Part shown: positions 55,494 to 64,000 of the stretch, one piece after another
How the letters are laid out: every line of letters starts with the position of its first letter
How positions within the stretch are numbered: the stretch's first letter is position 1
Source: a virus
Lineage: Duplodnaviria; Caudoviricetes
Strand: one strand, 5' to 3'
DNA: 64,000 bases
Virus record (IMG/VR): IMGVR_UViG_3300025129_000005
Position numbers and translations under genes: made by a program
The notes under the pieces: generated by a model
What the model saw: only the letters and a program-made list of their open reading frames with translations
The model's database searches: none
Told to the model about the DNA's origin: nothing

Positions 55494-57407
55494 ATGTCAT
55501 TAGAAAACTTAAATACAGCAGAATATTCTAAATTTATCCATAAGAGTAGATATGCTCGTTGGGATGATAAAATAAAAAGACGTGAAGAATGGGATGAAAC
55601 TATTGACCGTCTTATAAATTTTTGGAAAGAAGAAAAGCCAGAATTCAATGAAGTCGCAGATGAAATTCGAGAAGCGATTATAAACACTAAAGTTATGCCA
55701 TCTATGCGAAGCATGATGACCGCAGGCAAAGCACTAAATCGTGACAATGTTGCTGGTTACAACTGTTCAGCGGTGGCAGTAGATCATCCGAGAGTTTTTG
55801 ATGAGACTATGTTTATTTTGATGTGCGGAGTTGGTCTCGGGTTCTCTGTAGAGCGTCAATATATTAATCAGTTACCTGAAATCGCGGAGGAAATGCATAA
55901 AACTGATACAACCATCGTGGTCGCAGACTCTAAAATTGGTTGGGCATCTTCATTTCGCCAGTTAATCTCCTTGTTATATCAAGGCATGATCCCTAGATGG
56001 GATGTGTCAAAGGTTCGTAAAGCAGGTGAGAAGCTGAAAACTTTTGGTGGTCGTGCGTCAGGACCAGATCCATTGGTTGATTTGTTCGAGTTTACCGTTA
56101 AACTGTTTATAGATGCTCGTGGGCGCAAACTTAATTCTATAGAATGTCACGATCTTATGTGTAAAATTGCCGATATCGTGGTAGTAGGTGGTGTTAGACG
56201 TTCTGCCCTTATCTCTTTATCTAACCTAACAGATCAGAGGATGAGGAATGCAAAACAAGGACAATGGTGGATATCCGACCCACAAAGAGCGTTGGCAAAT
56301 AATTCTGTCGCATATACAGAGAAGCCTGATATGGCTATTTTTATGGATGAATGGAAGGCTTTATATATGTCAAAATGTGGCGAAAGAGGTATTTTTAATC
56401 GCGTTGCCGCTATAAAACAACAACCAAAAAGACGTGCTGATCTGGGATATGTTGACTATCTAACCAATCCATGTTCCGAAATAGTTCTAAGATCAAAGCA
56501 ATTTTGTAATCTAACGTCTTGTGTGATAAGATGTGATGATACACTAGATGATTTGTTGGAGAAGGTCAGATTAGCAACAATTTTAGGAACTTTCCAAAGC
56601 ACATTAACCAGATTCCGATATCTATCATCTGCTTGGACAAAGAACTGCGAAGAAGAGAGATTATTAGGGGTATCCATGACAGGTATTATGGATCATCCTG
56701 TAATGAATGGCAGTCAAGGGTACGATGTTTTGAAAAAATGGTTGAATGAGTTAAGGGAGTGTGCTAAATCGGTAAATGCAGTTTGGGCGAAAAAATTAGG
56801 CATTAATCCATCTACCGCGATAACATGCATCAAACCAGAAGGTACAGTATCACAATTGGTTGATTCCTCAAGTGGTATACATCCTAGATACAGCCAGTAT
56901 TACATACGTACAATCAGGGCTGATAAAAAAGACCCTTTAGCCCAATTAATGGTTGATAAGGGGTTTCCTGTAGAAGATGATGTAATGAAGCCTGACACTG
57001 GTTATGTATTCTCATTTCCAATAAAAGCACCAGAAAGTTCGGTATTTCGTAATGATATGAATGCCATACAACAACTTGAATTATGGAAGATTTACCAAGA
57101 AGAGTATTGTGAACATAAACCATCTATTACAGTATACGTTGAGGATCATGAGTGGATGGAAGTAGGTGCATGGGTGTATAGTCACTTTGATATTCTTAGT
57201 GGGGTTGCGTTTTTACCAAAAGAAAGTCACTCTATACCACAATCACCATATCAAGAGATAGATAAAGAAAAGTATGACATGTTTTTAAGTAAAATGCCCG
57301 CCAATATTGACTGGACAGAACTTTCAAACTATGAAAAGGTTGATACAACAGAAGGTATGAAGGAGTATGCATGTACTGGTAATTCGTGTGAATTTGTGGG
57401 AGTTTAA
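55494..57407 (+). CDS. nrdJ: Ribonucleotide reductase, class II (B12-dependent, monomeric type) likely
   Basis: MPSMR..AGYNC, GGVRRSALISL, TNPCSEI, FCNLT, CIKPEGTVSQLV, C-terminal C...SC; no nrdB in the window. Confidence 0.8.
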   Translation: MSLENLNTAEYSKFIHKSRYARWDDKIKRREEWDETIDRLINFWKEEKPEFNEVADEIREAIINTKVMPSMRSMMTAGKALNRDNVAGYNCSAVAVDHPRVFDETMFILMCGVGLGFSVERQYINQLPEIAEEMHKTDTTIVVADSKIGWASSFRQLISLLYQGMIPRWDVSKVRKAGEKLKTFGGRASGPDPLVDLFEFTVKLFIDARGRKLNSIECHDLMCKIADIVVVGGVRRSALISLSNLTDQRMRNAKQGQWWISDPQRALANNSVAYTEKPDMAIFMDEWKALYMSKCGERGIFNRVAAIKQQPKRRADLGYVDYLTNPCSEIVLRSKQFCNLTSCVIRCDDTLDDLLEKVRLATILGTFQSTLTRFRYLSSAWTKNCEEERLLGVSMTGIMDHPVMNGSQGYDVLKKWLNELRECAKSVNAVWAKKLGINPSTAITCIKPEGTVSQLVDSSSGIHPRYSQYYIRTIRADKKDPLAQLMVDKGFPVEDDVMKPDTGYVFSFPIKAPESSVFRNDMNAIQQLELWKIYQEEYCEHKPSITVYVEDHEWMEVGAWVYSHFDILSGVAFLPKESHSIPQSPYQEIDKEKYDMFLSKMPANIDWTELSNYEKVDTTEGMKEYACTGNSCEFVGV

Positions 57408-57441
57408 AAATCACTTGACTTCATTTTTCATTTAAGTTAGG

Positions 57442-57693
57442 ATGAACCATTACATAAACCCATATGAGAAGGAGTATCCAATGAAAATTGAAGTAGGCGA
57501 AGAAGTTAAAGATGTTGTATATAATTTCCCGGTAACACTGGATGAAGAAGCTAGAGCTTTACTGGTAAAGTCAGCAAAAGATAAGATCACTTTTGAAGAA
57601 CTCGAAAATCTTATGATTGAATGGTATATGGTAAAGGTTGTTTGTGAAAAGGCAGAAGAAATGGTAAATTCATTGCCCAAAGAGGATAAATAA
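57442..57693 (+). CDS. Hypothetical protein
   Basis: ORF track. Confidence 0.5.
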   Translation: MNHYINPYEKEYPMKIEVGEEVKDVVYNFPVTLDEEARALLVKSAKDKITFEELENLMIEWYMVKVVCEKAEEMVNSLPKEDK

Positions 57694-57694
57694 T

Positions 57695-57991
57695 ATGGAA
57701 CGTGTTAGATCGAAGACGGGATCTGAAATTGCACGTGAAATGGGTATTTCACGACAGGCGGTTAGCCAAACACTCAAACGATCAATCAAAAAGATTTATG
57801 ATGGTTTGCTTGAGAGAGGTATTACAGATAATCCAACACAAACATTGATGTATATGATGGAGTGGTTTGGTTTGACTGATGACGAAGACATTCAGCAATT
57901 TTATGATATGTTCCCCAAAAAAATAAAGGATGAAGTTAAGATGCATGCAAGAACTTATACTATTGGAGAATATAGAGACTCTTTACACTAA
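57695..57991 (+). CDS. Helix-turn-helix DNA-binding protein
   Basis: SEIAREMGISRQAVSQTLKR. Confidence 0.75.
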   Translation: MERVRSKTGSEIAREMGISRQAVSQTLKRSIKKIYDGLLERGITDNPTQTLMYMMEWFGLTDDEDIQQFYDMFPKKIKDEVKMHARTYTIGEYRDSLH

Positions 57992-58227
57992 ATTGTGCAG
58001 GGAGTGTGTATATTGTATCATTTTAGATGGCATTAGAGAATGTGAATGGGATCTTTTTGAACCTGTTTGCAAAATAAAATCCGAACTTTATACACCAATT
58101 GAGTTTGATTGTATAAATTTCATACAAAGATAACTGTCAAGAAATGGTTTATTCTAATCATGAATATCAATGAATTTGTAGTTAAAAGTTGGGTAAATAT
58201 CAATAATAATTATGTTACTATTCACCC

Positions 58228-58530
58228 ATGACAACAGTAATACATATCAATTGGGCACCGAAAGGTTGGGAAGAGAATCCCGAATATGTTTACATTGGTC
58301 GTTCCGGTAAAGGGATGAGTGGTTACTTCGGTAACCCATTTCCCATACAGACAGGACGGAAACGTGGTTCTACGCTTGAAAAGTATCGCAAATATCTTGA
58401 ACACAGACTTATGACTGACACTGAGTTTTATCGAAGGGTTAAAGACCTCAAAGGTAAGACTTTGGTGTGCTTCTGTAAACCGAAACCTTGTCACGGTGAT
58501 ATCCTGATCGAATATATTGAGAGAATTTAA
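58228..58530 (+). CDS. DUF4326 protein
   Basis: VYIGR...FGNPF, LKGKTLVCFCKPKPCHGDIL. Confidence 0.88.
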   Translation: MTTVIHINWAPKGWEENPEYVYIGRSGKGMSGYFGNPFPIQTGRKRGSTLEKYRKYLEHRLMTDTEFYRRVKDLKGKTLVCFCKPKPCHGDILIEYIERI

Positions 58531-59564
58531 TGAGTGTTGAGCAATATAAAGTCGAAGATTTTGTTTATTCAAGACTACAAAAGTCTAAAAAAAGGGGGAG
58601 TGGGTATATAGCCCGTTGTCCCATTTGTGGTGATTCTCAAAAAAATCCCAATATGCGTAGATTGAATATTGACTTTTATCCAAGGTATGATGAATGGATT
58701 TATAAGTGTTACAATGGTGGATGTCCTGAGAACTCAGGGAATATACAGTCGTTATATTCTCGCGTTGTTGGTTGTACTTGGAAGGAAGCGAATGATGCTC
58801 TTAGCGAAAGCAAGACATACCATTCACAGGAATTACTCGATAAATTGGATGGCAAGAAGAAATATGAGGATTCTAATGATGAGCAGGGTGTTCTAGACCT
58901 TGATTTTAATGATTGTATATCGCTTAAAGATGAACCAGATGGAAGAATAGAAAAACGTTACCATGATGAACTCAAAAAGTTCATTGTAGATCGAAAAATC
59001 CCCATTAGAAGGGAAGTTACAGTAGCGTTTAGGGGTAAGTATAAAAATAGATTTATTTTACCTGTATATGATGAATTAGGGCGTATGACATACTTTCAAG
59101 GTCGTGCTATGTCCAAAGACATATTACCGAAATATAAGAATCCTAAATTCATTAAGAAAGATATTGTGTTAAATAGTCATTTGTTTGACCCTGATAAGTA
59201 TATTATCGTATGTGAGGGTCTAATTGATGCTTGGATGATTGAAGGCAACCAAGGCACCTCATGTTTAGGCGCATCAATTGATGATGATTTTCTAGAAAAA
59301 GTAATACATTTATCTAGAAAAGGTGTCATATGTGCATTAGATAATCCCAGAATTGATACATCGGGGTATGAGAACTATAAAAAGCTATTAGAAAATTCAA
59401 AGTATAGACAACAATTGAAGTATTTCTATATGCCCACTGATACTGACAAAGATCTTAATGATATAAGGATTAGGATGGGAAATCAGTTCAACATATATAA
59501 TTTTATTATAGAAAATTCATTTAATTCCTTTAAAACCTCCATGATTATGAAAAAGGTTGTATAA
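58530..59564 (+). CDS. gp61: DNA primase (T4 gp61-like)
   Basis: RCPICGDS, YKCYNGGC, YFQGRA, KY, CEGLIDA TOPRIM, KDLND. Confidence 0.85.
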   Translation: MSVEQYKVEDFVYSRLQKSKKRGSGYIARCPICGDSQKNPNMRRLNIDFYPRYDEWIYKCYNGGCPENSGNIQSLYSRVVGCTWKEANDALSESKTYHSQELLDKLDGKKKYEDSNDEQGVLDLDFNDCISLKDEPDGRIEKRYHDELKKFIVDRKIPIRREVTVAFRGKYKNRFILPVYDELGRMTYFQGRAMSKDILPKYKNPKFIKKDIVLNSHLFDPDKYIIVCEGLIDAWMIEGNQGTSCLGASIDDDFLEKVIHLSRKGVICALDNPRIDTSGYENYKKLLENSKYRQQLKYFYMPTDTDKDLNDIRIRMGNQFNIYNFIIENSFNSFKTSMIMKKVV

Positions 59565-59586
59565 ATATAATTAAATTGTATATTTA

Positions 59587-60057
59587 ATGGAGGAAAGTGT
59601 AATGAAAATAACAACTATGGGGAGTGATTATGTTCGTATAAATGAATTAAATATGACAGATCAAAAAATTCAGTCAATACCACGTATTCATTTAATAAAA
59701 TTGGAATTTAAAAATCCTTCCCTTGAAAAAGTAGAGTATGTATTAAAGACATTCAAATTAACAAATAGATTCGTAATTGATAGTAATGTAAAATTTTATA
59801 ACGACATTTTACGGAACACAAACAAAAAATATTATATATCCAATGTTGAAGGTGATAAACTGATTACATTTTTTAAAAGAAATAATAAAGTTTTATTGGA
59901 TACAACAAAATTGAGTATATTAGAAAAGGCATTTGTGTTTTCTGTGTCACTAGAAGATATTCTACTAAACACCGAAGTTATGATTGTCGGTCATAAGTTT
60001 TACAAAGAGAACCCGGCTCCTTATAACAATTGGTCAGGAAATCTTATATTAGTGTAA
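59587..60057 (+). CDS. Hypothetical protein
   Basis: TATAAATA at 59560; SD GGAGG. Confidence 0.6.
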   Translation: MEESVMKITTMGSDYVRINELNMTDQKIQSIPRIHLIKLEFKNPSLEKVEYVLKTFKLTNRFVIDSNVKFYNDILRNTNKKYYISNVEGDKLITFFKRNNKVLLDTTKLSILEKAFVFSVSLEDILLNTEVMIVGHKFYKENPAPYNNWSGNLILV

Positions 60058-60068
60058 AAGGGTATAAT

Positions 60069-60905
60069 ATGGATAGAAGAATTCTCGCTTTAGGTCCATT
60101 TATTGGATCGTTTGAACAGGAAATATTGACATTTAGACCTCATATGAGATGGATTGAGTTAAATACTGAAAGCAAAACGGTATTCTATTCATCTCATTTT
60201 AATAGAAAATTTCTTTATCCGCAGATTTCCAATAAGAAGTTTATACCTGTATACAAACAGATTACGCGGCAAGAAATTCATCATAATGGATATTCTCATA
60301 AAGATGTAGATCAACGTGATTTTATGTCAATTGTTAAAGAATATAAGGATGATATTGTTGAGCAGATAGGTTGTATTAAAAAAGACATTAATCACCAATC
60401 ACTACCATATGTCAAATACATATCACCTATATCAATGTATCATAAGGTTTTTGAACCAATTAAAGTTTCCATTTCAAAGAAGAGAGGGAACATTGTTTTT
60501 ATTCCAGATGAATGTATGTCACCCGCTGATGCCATTCATATATGGGACTTTTTACAAAAAAACTACAGAGTATCGTTGATAGGTGATATGAAGTGTCACT
60601 TACCAGATGATAATGAAATTTTAAAAAATGTTGATTATTTACGGAATGGTTATAAAAAAATTGTAACAGCAATCACAAACGCCACCGCTGTCGTGTGTCC
60701 ATGTTCTCATTGGGCAGTTATATCTAACCTACAAGGCGCTCCTTGTATATCATGGGGTGAGAATGTAGGACAATTCAAAGAGGGTGGTATCTACAATTTC
60801 GGTAATAAAAAATCATCATCCGTTTATTTCGACAGTGATGGTAATGTAAAAAATTTAATCAATAATATAAGAAACTTTTTGGAGAGAATAGATGCCACTA
60901 CTTGA
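60069..60905 (+). CDS. Putative GT-B (GT9-like) glycosyltransferase-fold protein
   Basis: AITNATAVVCPCSHWAVISNLQGAPCISWG resembles the GT9 C-terminal motif. Confidence 0.4.
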   Translation: MDRRILALGPFIGSFEQEILTFRPHMRWIELNTESKTVFYSSHFNRKFLYPQISNKKFIPVYKQITRQEIHHNGYSHKDVDQRDFMSIVKEYKDDIVEQIGCIKKDINHQSLPYVKYISPISMYHKVFEPIKVSISKKRGNIVFIPDECMSPADAIHIWDFLQKNYRVSLIGDMKCHLPDDNEILKNVDYLRNGYKKIVTAITNATAVVCPCSHWAVISNLQGAPCISWGENVGQFKEGGIYNFGNKKSSSVYFDSDGNVKNLINNIRNFLERIDATT

Positions 60906-60994
60906 TACGAGTTTAAGTGTCATAAATTTTTTATATACAATAAAAGCAACATCTTACAAACTTAAATATTTGTGTGAGATGGAGGAGGTGTGTC

Positions 60995-61180
60995 ATTCCT
61001 ATATATGAATTTAAATGCAAGGTATGTGGATGTGTTAAAGAAAATCTCATACCAATGAGTCACTCTTATATTAATAAAATGAAATGTTCGGATTGTGGTG
61101 GTGATGCTATAAAAATACCTAGTGTGTCATCATTTGAATTGAAAGGCGGGGGTTGGTATGATAGTGGTTATTCAAAATGA
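60995..61180 (+). CDS. FmdB-family zinc ribbon protein (start codon apparently ATT)
   Basis: PIYEFKCKVCG...CSDCGG...SFELKGGGWY; SD GGAGGAGG at 60981-60988. Confidence 0.7.
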   Translation: MPIYEFKCKVCGCVKENLIPMSHSYINKMKCSDCGGDAIKIPSVSSFELKGGGWYDSGYSK

Positions 61181-61204
61181 TATTAATAAAAAGAGAGGAG
61201 TGAT

Positions 61205-61474
61205 ATGTCTAAAAAAGTGTTGATAGATATAGTTTGTGTGAATTGTGGGATTATTAAAGAAGATTTATGGCTTTCATATGGAGAAGATCCAAAAGATGTC
61301 TGTCCTGTGTGTGGGAAACAAATGACAAAAAAACCTGATTTCGGTTCATTTGAGTTGAAGTATAATAACAAGACTGATATGTGTGATTGGACAGGTGAAA
61401 CGTCACAGTATTGGAGAGCATTTAAAGAGGCAAAAGGTCGTGGTGAAAATGTTAAACCTGTTAACGAGGATTAA
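61205..61474 (+). CDS. FmdB-like zinc ribbon protein
   Basis: CVNCG...CPVCGKQMTK. Confidence 0.65.
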   Translation: MSKKVLIDIVCVNCGIIKEDLWLSYGEDPKDVCPVCGKQMTKKPDFGSFELKYNNKTDMCDWTGETSQYWRAFKEAKGRGENVKPVNED

Positions 61475-61725
61475 TGTTTACATCTTATATGAAACATGGT
61501 AGTGTGTTTTATACGAGAAAGGGGCTACTAATGGAAAAAGTTGAGATTAAATTTTGTGTAAGACCTTATTATCACGATGTTGTGAAAAAAATCACAAGGA
61601 AACCAAAGCATAACAAGACCCTGAACAAACATTTTGTAAGATATAATGGGCAGGATTACATCCTACAAAAGAGTTCTGATGGTTTTGTTGTCTGGATTGA
61701 TGAAGATGATAGAGAAAAATACTAA
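61474..61725 (+). CDS. Hypothetical protein
   Basis: Coupled ORF. Confidence 0.45.
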   Translation: MFTSYMKHGSVFYTRKGLLMEKVEIKFCVRPYYHDVVKKITRKPKHNKTLNKHFVRYNGQDYILQKSSDGFVVWIDEDDREKY

Positions 61726-61897
61726 TTATGCCAGTGATAGTAAAATCGTTGTTATTGAGGGTGAACGATACCCCTTATTGAAAACTACAGAGAAGATGGT
61801 CTTCTATATGTGTGAAGACGAAGTTAAACGTACCAAAATTGATAAGGTTGAGGAAGTTTTATAAAAATTTTATTAGAAGTCAAGATTTTATAAATAC

Positions 61898-62097
61898 TTT
61901 CGGATGGTTCGGGGGTTTTCCTTAAAAATCCCCCTTATACACGGTCTGTAAAGGTAACATGCTCAGACCAACCTATAGGGTGAGAGGTTACTTCGCCCAT
62001 CCCCTCTTTAACAGCGGATTCGCTGTTGATATATAAGGTTTTTCTTAGGGCTTTTTCCTCAGCAATGAATAAAAGCCCTTCTTTTTTGTCCAAAGGG
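61898..62097 (+). ncRNA. Putative late-expressed ~200-nt structured RNA ending in a terminator
   Basis: TATAAATA at 61889; GGATGG/CCATCC outer stem; GGGGG/CCCCC, GGTCTG/CAGACC and AACAGCG/CGCTGTT hairpins; AGGGCTTTT/AAAAGCCCT plus T run. Confidence 0.45.
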
Positions 62098-62563
62098 GTT
62101 TACATACCCATTCCTATTTGATATTCTATAGACTCTTAAAGGGTGATGACCGACACATTAGCGATGATGATGAAGGAATCCTCCTAGCTTGCGGCCACAG
62201 GTTGAAAAACGTTACTGAAAAGTGTATAACTGACAGGAGAACGTATGATTGGAACTAGACTAGTAAAAATCCGAGGTTCGCCGTAGTAGAAACACTAATT
62301 AAAGAAACTTAAAGAAGATAACTTAACGATGGTAGTATATCCTTGTTCGTAATTCAAGGGTTAGGAGATTACAAGGACACAAATCTAAAAAAATTCTTGC
62401 CCTCCCGTATGATCTAGACTTATATAAAGATTATACATTATACTAGAGACTATATAACTAGAGAAGACGAAGGGATACTACACTCACATTGTGGCATCCC
62501 TTCAATTTTTTTGTGTAAAATTTTATAAATACTCTTGTAATAAACACAACAGGAGTGTATAAT

Positions 62564-62812
62564 ATGGATTTACTAGAAAAGATTGACCTCTTCCTTGGTG
62601 AAGGGGGGAGTGACGGTAAAAATTTCCCGGCAAAGAAGAAGAATGATGATAAAGATTCTGATGAACAGGCATCAGATTCAGAGTCTGATACCGATGAAGA
62701 GGGTGACGATCCATATGACCCTGAAACGGATTCGGATAGAGAGAAGAAACAAAAAGAACTTAAGAAAAAATCTGTAAACACATCGTATATCCCTGTTTAT
62801 CAAACAAAATAA
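62564..62812 (+). CDS. Acidic low-complexity late protein
   Basis: TATAAATA at 62524; SD AGGAG; MDLLEKIDLFLGE then a D/E-rich tract. Confidence 0.6.
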   Translation: MDLLEKIDLFLGEGGSDGKNFPAKKKNDDKDSDEQASDSESDTDEEGDDPYDPETDSDREKKQKELKKKSVNTSYIPVYQTK

Positions 62813-63008
62813 TAAAGGTTCGTTGCCATGAAAAAGAATAAAAATAAATCAGTTTTTGATAAAATTAGGAAACCTATCGCACCTCCTACTCAAAGACATG
62901 GTGATAAGAAATATTCACGTAAAGAGAAACATAAAGGTTTACATTTACAGTAAAATTCAATATTATTGATAGTAAATAATTTGTTGAAGTTGAGGAGAGT
63001 TTAAATTT

Positions 63009-63281
63009 ATGAATAAAGCAAAGCTAGTAGAATATGTTGCAAACCAAACAGGAACATACAAAAAAGATGTAAAAATTTTTGTGGATGCTATTTTGGAAGG
63101 TATTGAATTTGGTATGAAAAAAGACGGTAAGGTGACTTTGGTTGGTTTTGGGAACTTTATTGTAAGACAAAGAAAACCTAGATTGGCACGTAATCCGCAA
63201 ACTGGTACTCCGGTTCGTGTTCCACCTAAAAGAATTCCCACGTTCAAACCATCTCAACAGCTAAAGGATACAATCGAATAA
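63009..63281 (+). CDS. hup: HU histone-like DNA-binding protein
   Basis: MNKAKLV, LVGFGNF, R..RNPQTG, PTFKPS..LK. Confidence 0.92.
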   Translation: MNKAKLVEYVANQTGTYKKDVKIFVDAILEGIEFGMKKDGKVTLVGFGNFIVRQRKPRLARNPQTGTPVRVPPKRIPTFKPSQQLKDTIE

Positions 63282-63375
63282 TTATCAAATAATCTATTAT
63301 ATTAATGTCATAAAAGGATGGTTTACATTCCACCCTTTCGCTTTAATGTCAATAAAAACAAAAAAAGGATTATCT

Positions 63376-64000
63376 GTGAATACTACTCCCTATGAATTTA
63401 AATACATGCCAAAATCATTTGAAGAAATGATTGTGTCGGAAGAACTCAAACCGGTTTTAAAGAAAGCACTTGATGAATTACCTAACATGATACTTAGCGG
63501 ACCTCCCGGTACAGGAAAAGGAACATTCGTCGATGTTCTCAGGTCAACACATCCTGATATAGATATCCTTAAGATTAATTGTTCGGATTATACGAGCATT
63601 GATGATGTTCGTGATAAAGTTAAACCATTTGCAACATCCATCGGTTTTGGTGCCCTTAAGATAGTTTTTCTTAATGAGGTTGATTATCTTTCGCACAACG
63701 GACAGGCTATGTTGCGTGATTTAATTGAACAGACACAAAAATACACCAGATTCATTTTGGCATGTAACTATCCCCATAAAATTATGGATGAAATGTTTTC
63801 TAGGTGTCAGCACGTGGAATTAAACAATCCGCCAGCAGTCGATGTTGTTAAACGTTGTTGGTCTATTCTTGACCAAGAAGGGGTTAAGTATAACAAAAAA
63901 ACTGTAGTTGAAATGGTCAAGTCTATATGGCAGAAAAAGCCCGATGTCCGTAATACATTGGTAACATTAAGAATGAATGTTATTGATGGTGTGTTACGAG
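63376..64000 (+). CDS. gp44: Clamp loader AAA+ subunit (T4 gp44/RFC-small-like), 3'-truncated
   Basis: KYMPKSFEEMI, LSGPPGTGKGT, INCSD, FLNEVD, QAMLR, RFILACN, SRC. Confidence 0.88.
   Translation, partial: MNTTPYEFKYMPKSFEEMIVSEELKPVLKKALDELPNMILSGPPGTGKGTFVDVLRSTHPDIDILKINCSDYTSIDDVRDKVKPFATSIGFGALKIVFLNEVDYLSHNGQAMLRDLIEQTQKYTRFILACNYPHKIMDEMFSRCQHVELNNPPAVDVVKRCWSILDQEGVKYNKKTVVEMVKSIWQKKPDVRNTLVTLRMNVIDGVLR

Noticed and set aside
1325-63257. Minus-strand and nested ORFs in the track (e.g. 1325-1645, 23162-23728, 26579-27055, 55307-55747)
   Set aside because: They are antisense shadows of well-supported + strand genes or RNAs, without SD or motifs
1-64000. Stop-codon reassignment (alternative genetic code)
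   Set aside because: No CTA/TCA/TTA suppressor tRNA; core genes are full length in code 11; the splits are frameshifts, not in-frame stops
1-64000. CRISPR array
   Set aside because: No regularly spaced direct repeats seen

Overview
This is a 64-kb, AT-rich segment of a large T4-like (jumbo-type) tailed phage genome, with nearly all genes on the + strand. It carries T4-like replication and recombination genes (gp47/gp46, UvsX, gp32, RNase H, primase gp61, clamp loader gp44, Holliday resolvase), nucleotide metabolism genes (ThyX, dUTPase, class II-like RNR), ClpB, Hsp20, HU and a GH108 lysozyme. T4-type late promoters (TATAAATA) and sigma70-type promoters are both present. Accessory content: (1) a modification cluster at 0.4-8.7 kb (B12 radical SAM, PP-loop ATPase, five radical SAM/SPASM-like paralogs, DXD glycosyltransferase) directly upstream of a fibre-like gene; (2) 25 tRNA genes at 30-40 kb, interleaved with at least 8 unexplained structured RNAs and a ~1.35-kb GOLLD-like giant ncRNA, and preceded by an apparent leader-peptide attenuator whose 33 codons encode 19 different amino acids; (3) two secreted triheme c7/c3-type cytochromes and a DUF2061 plus APS-kinase/nucleotidyltransferase fusion, suggesting a Desulfobacterota-type host; (4) standalone PgpH-like and small-alarmone-hydrolase-like HD proteins. 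Five genes are broken exactly at T homopolymers, which may be assembly indels. All calls come from motif recognition by eye; no searches or folding computations were run.
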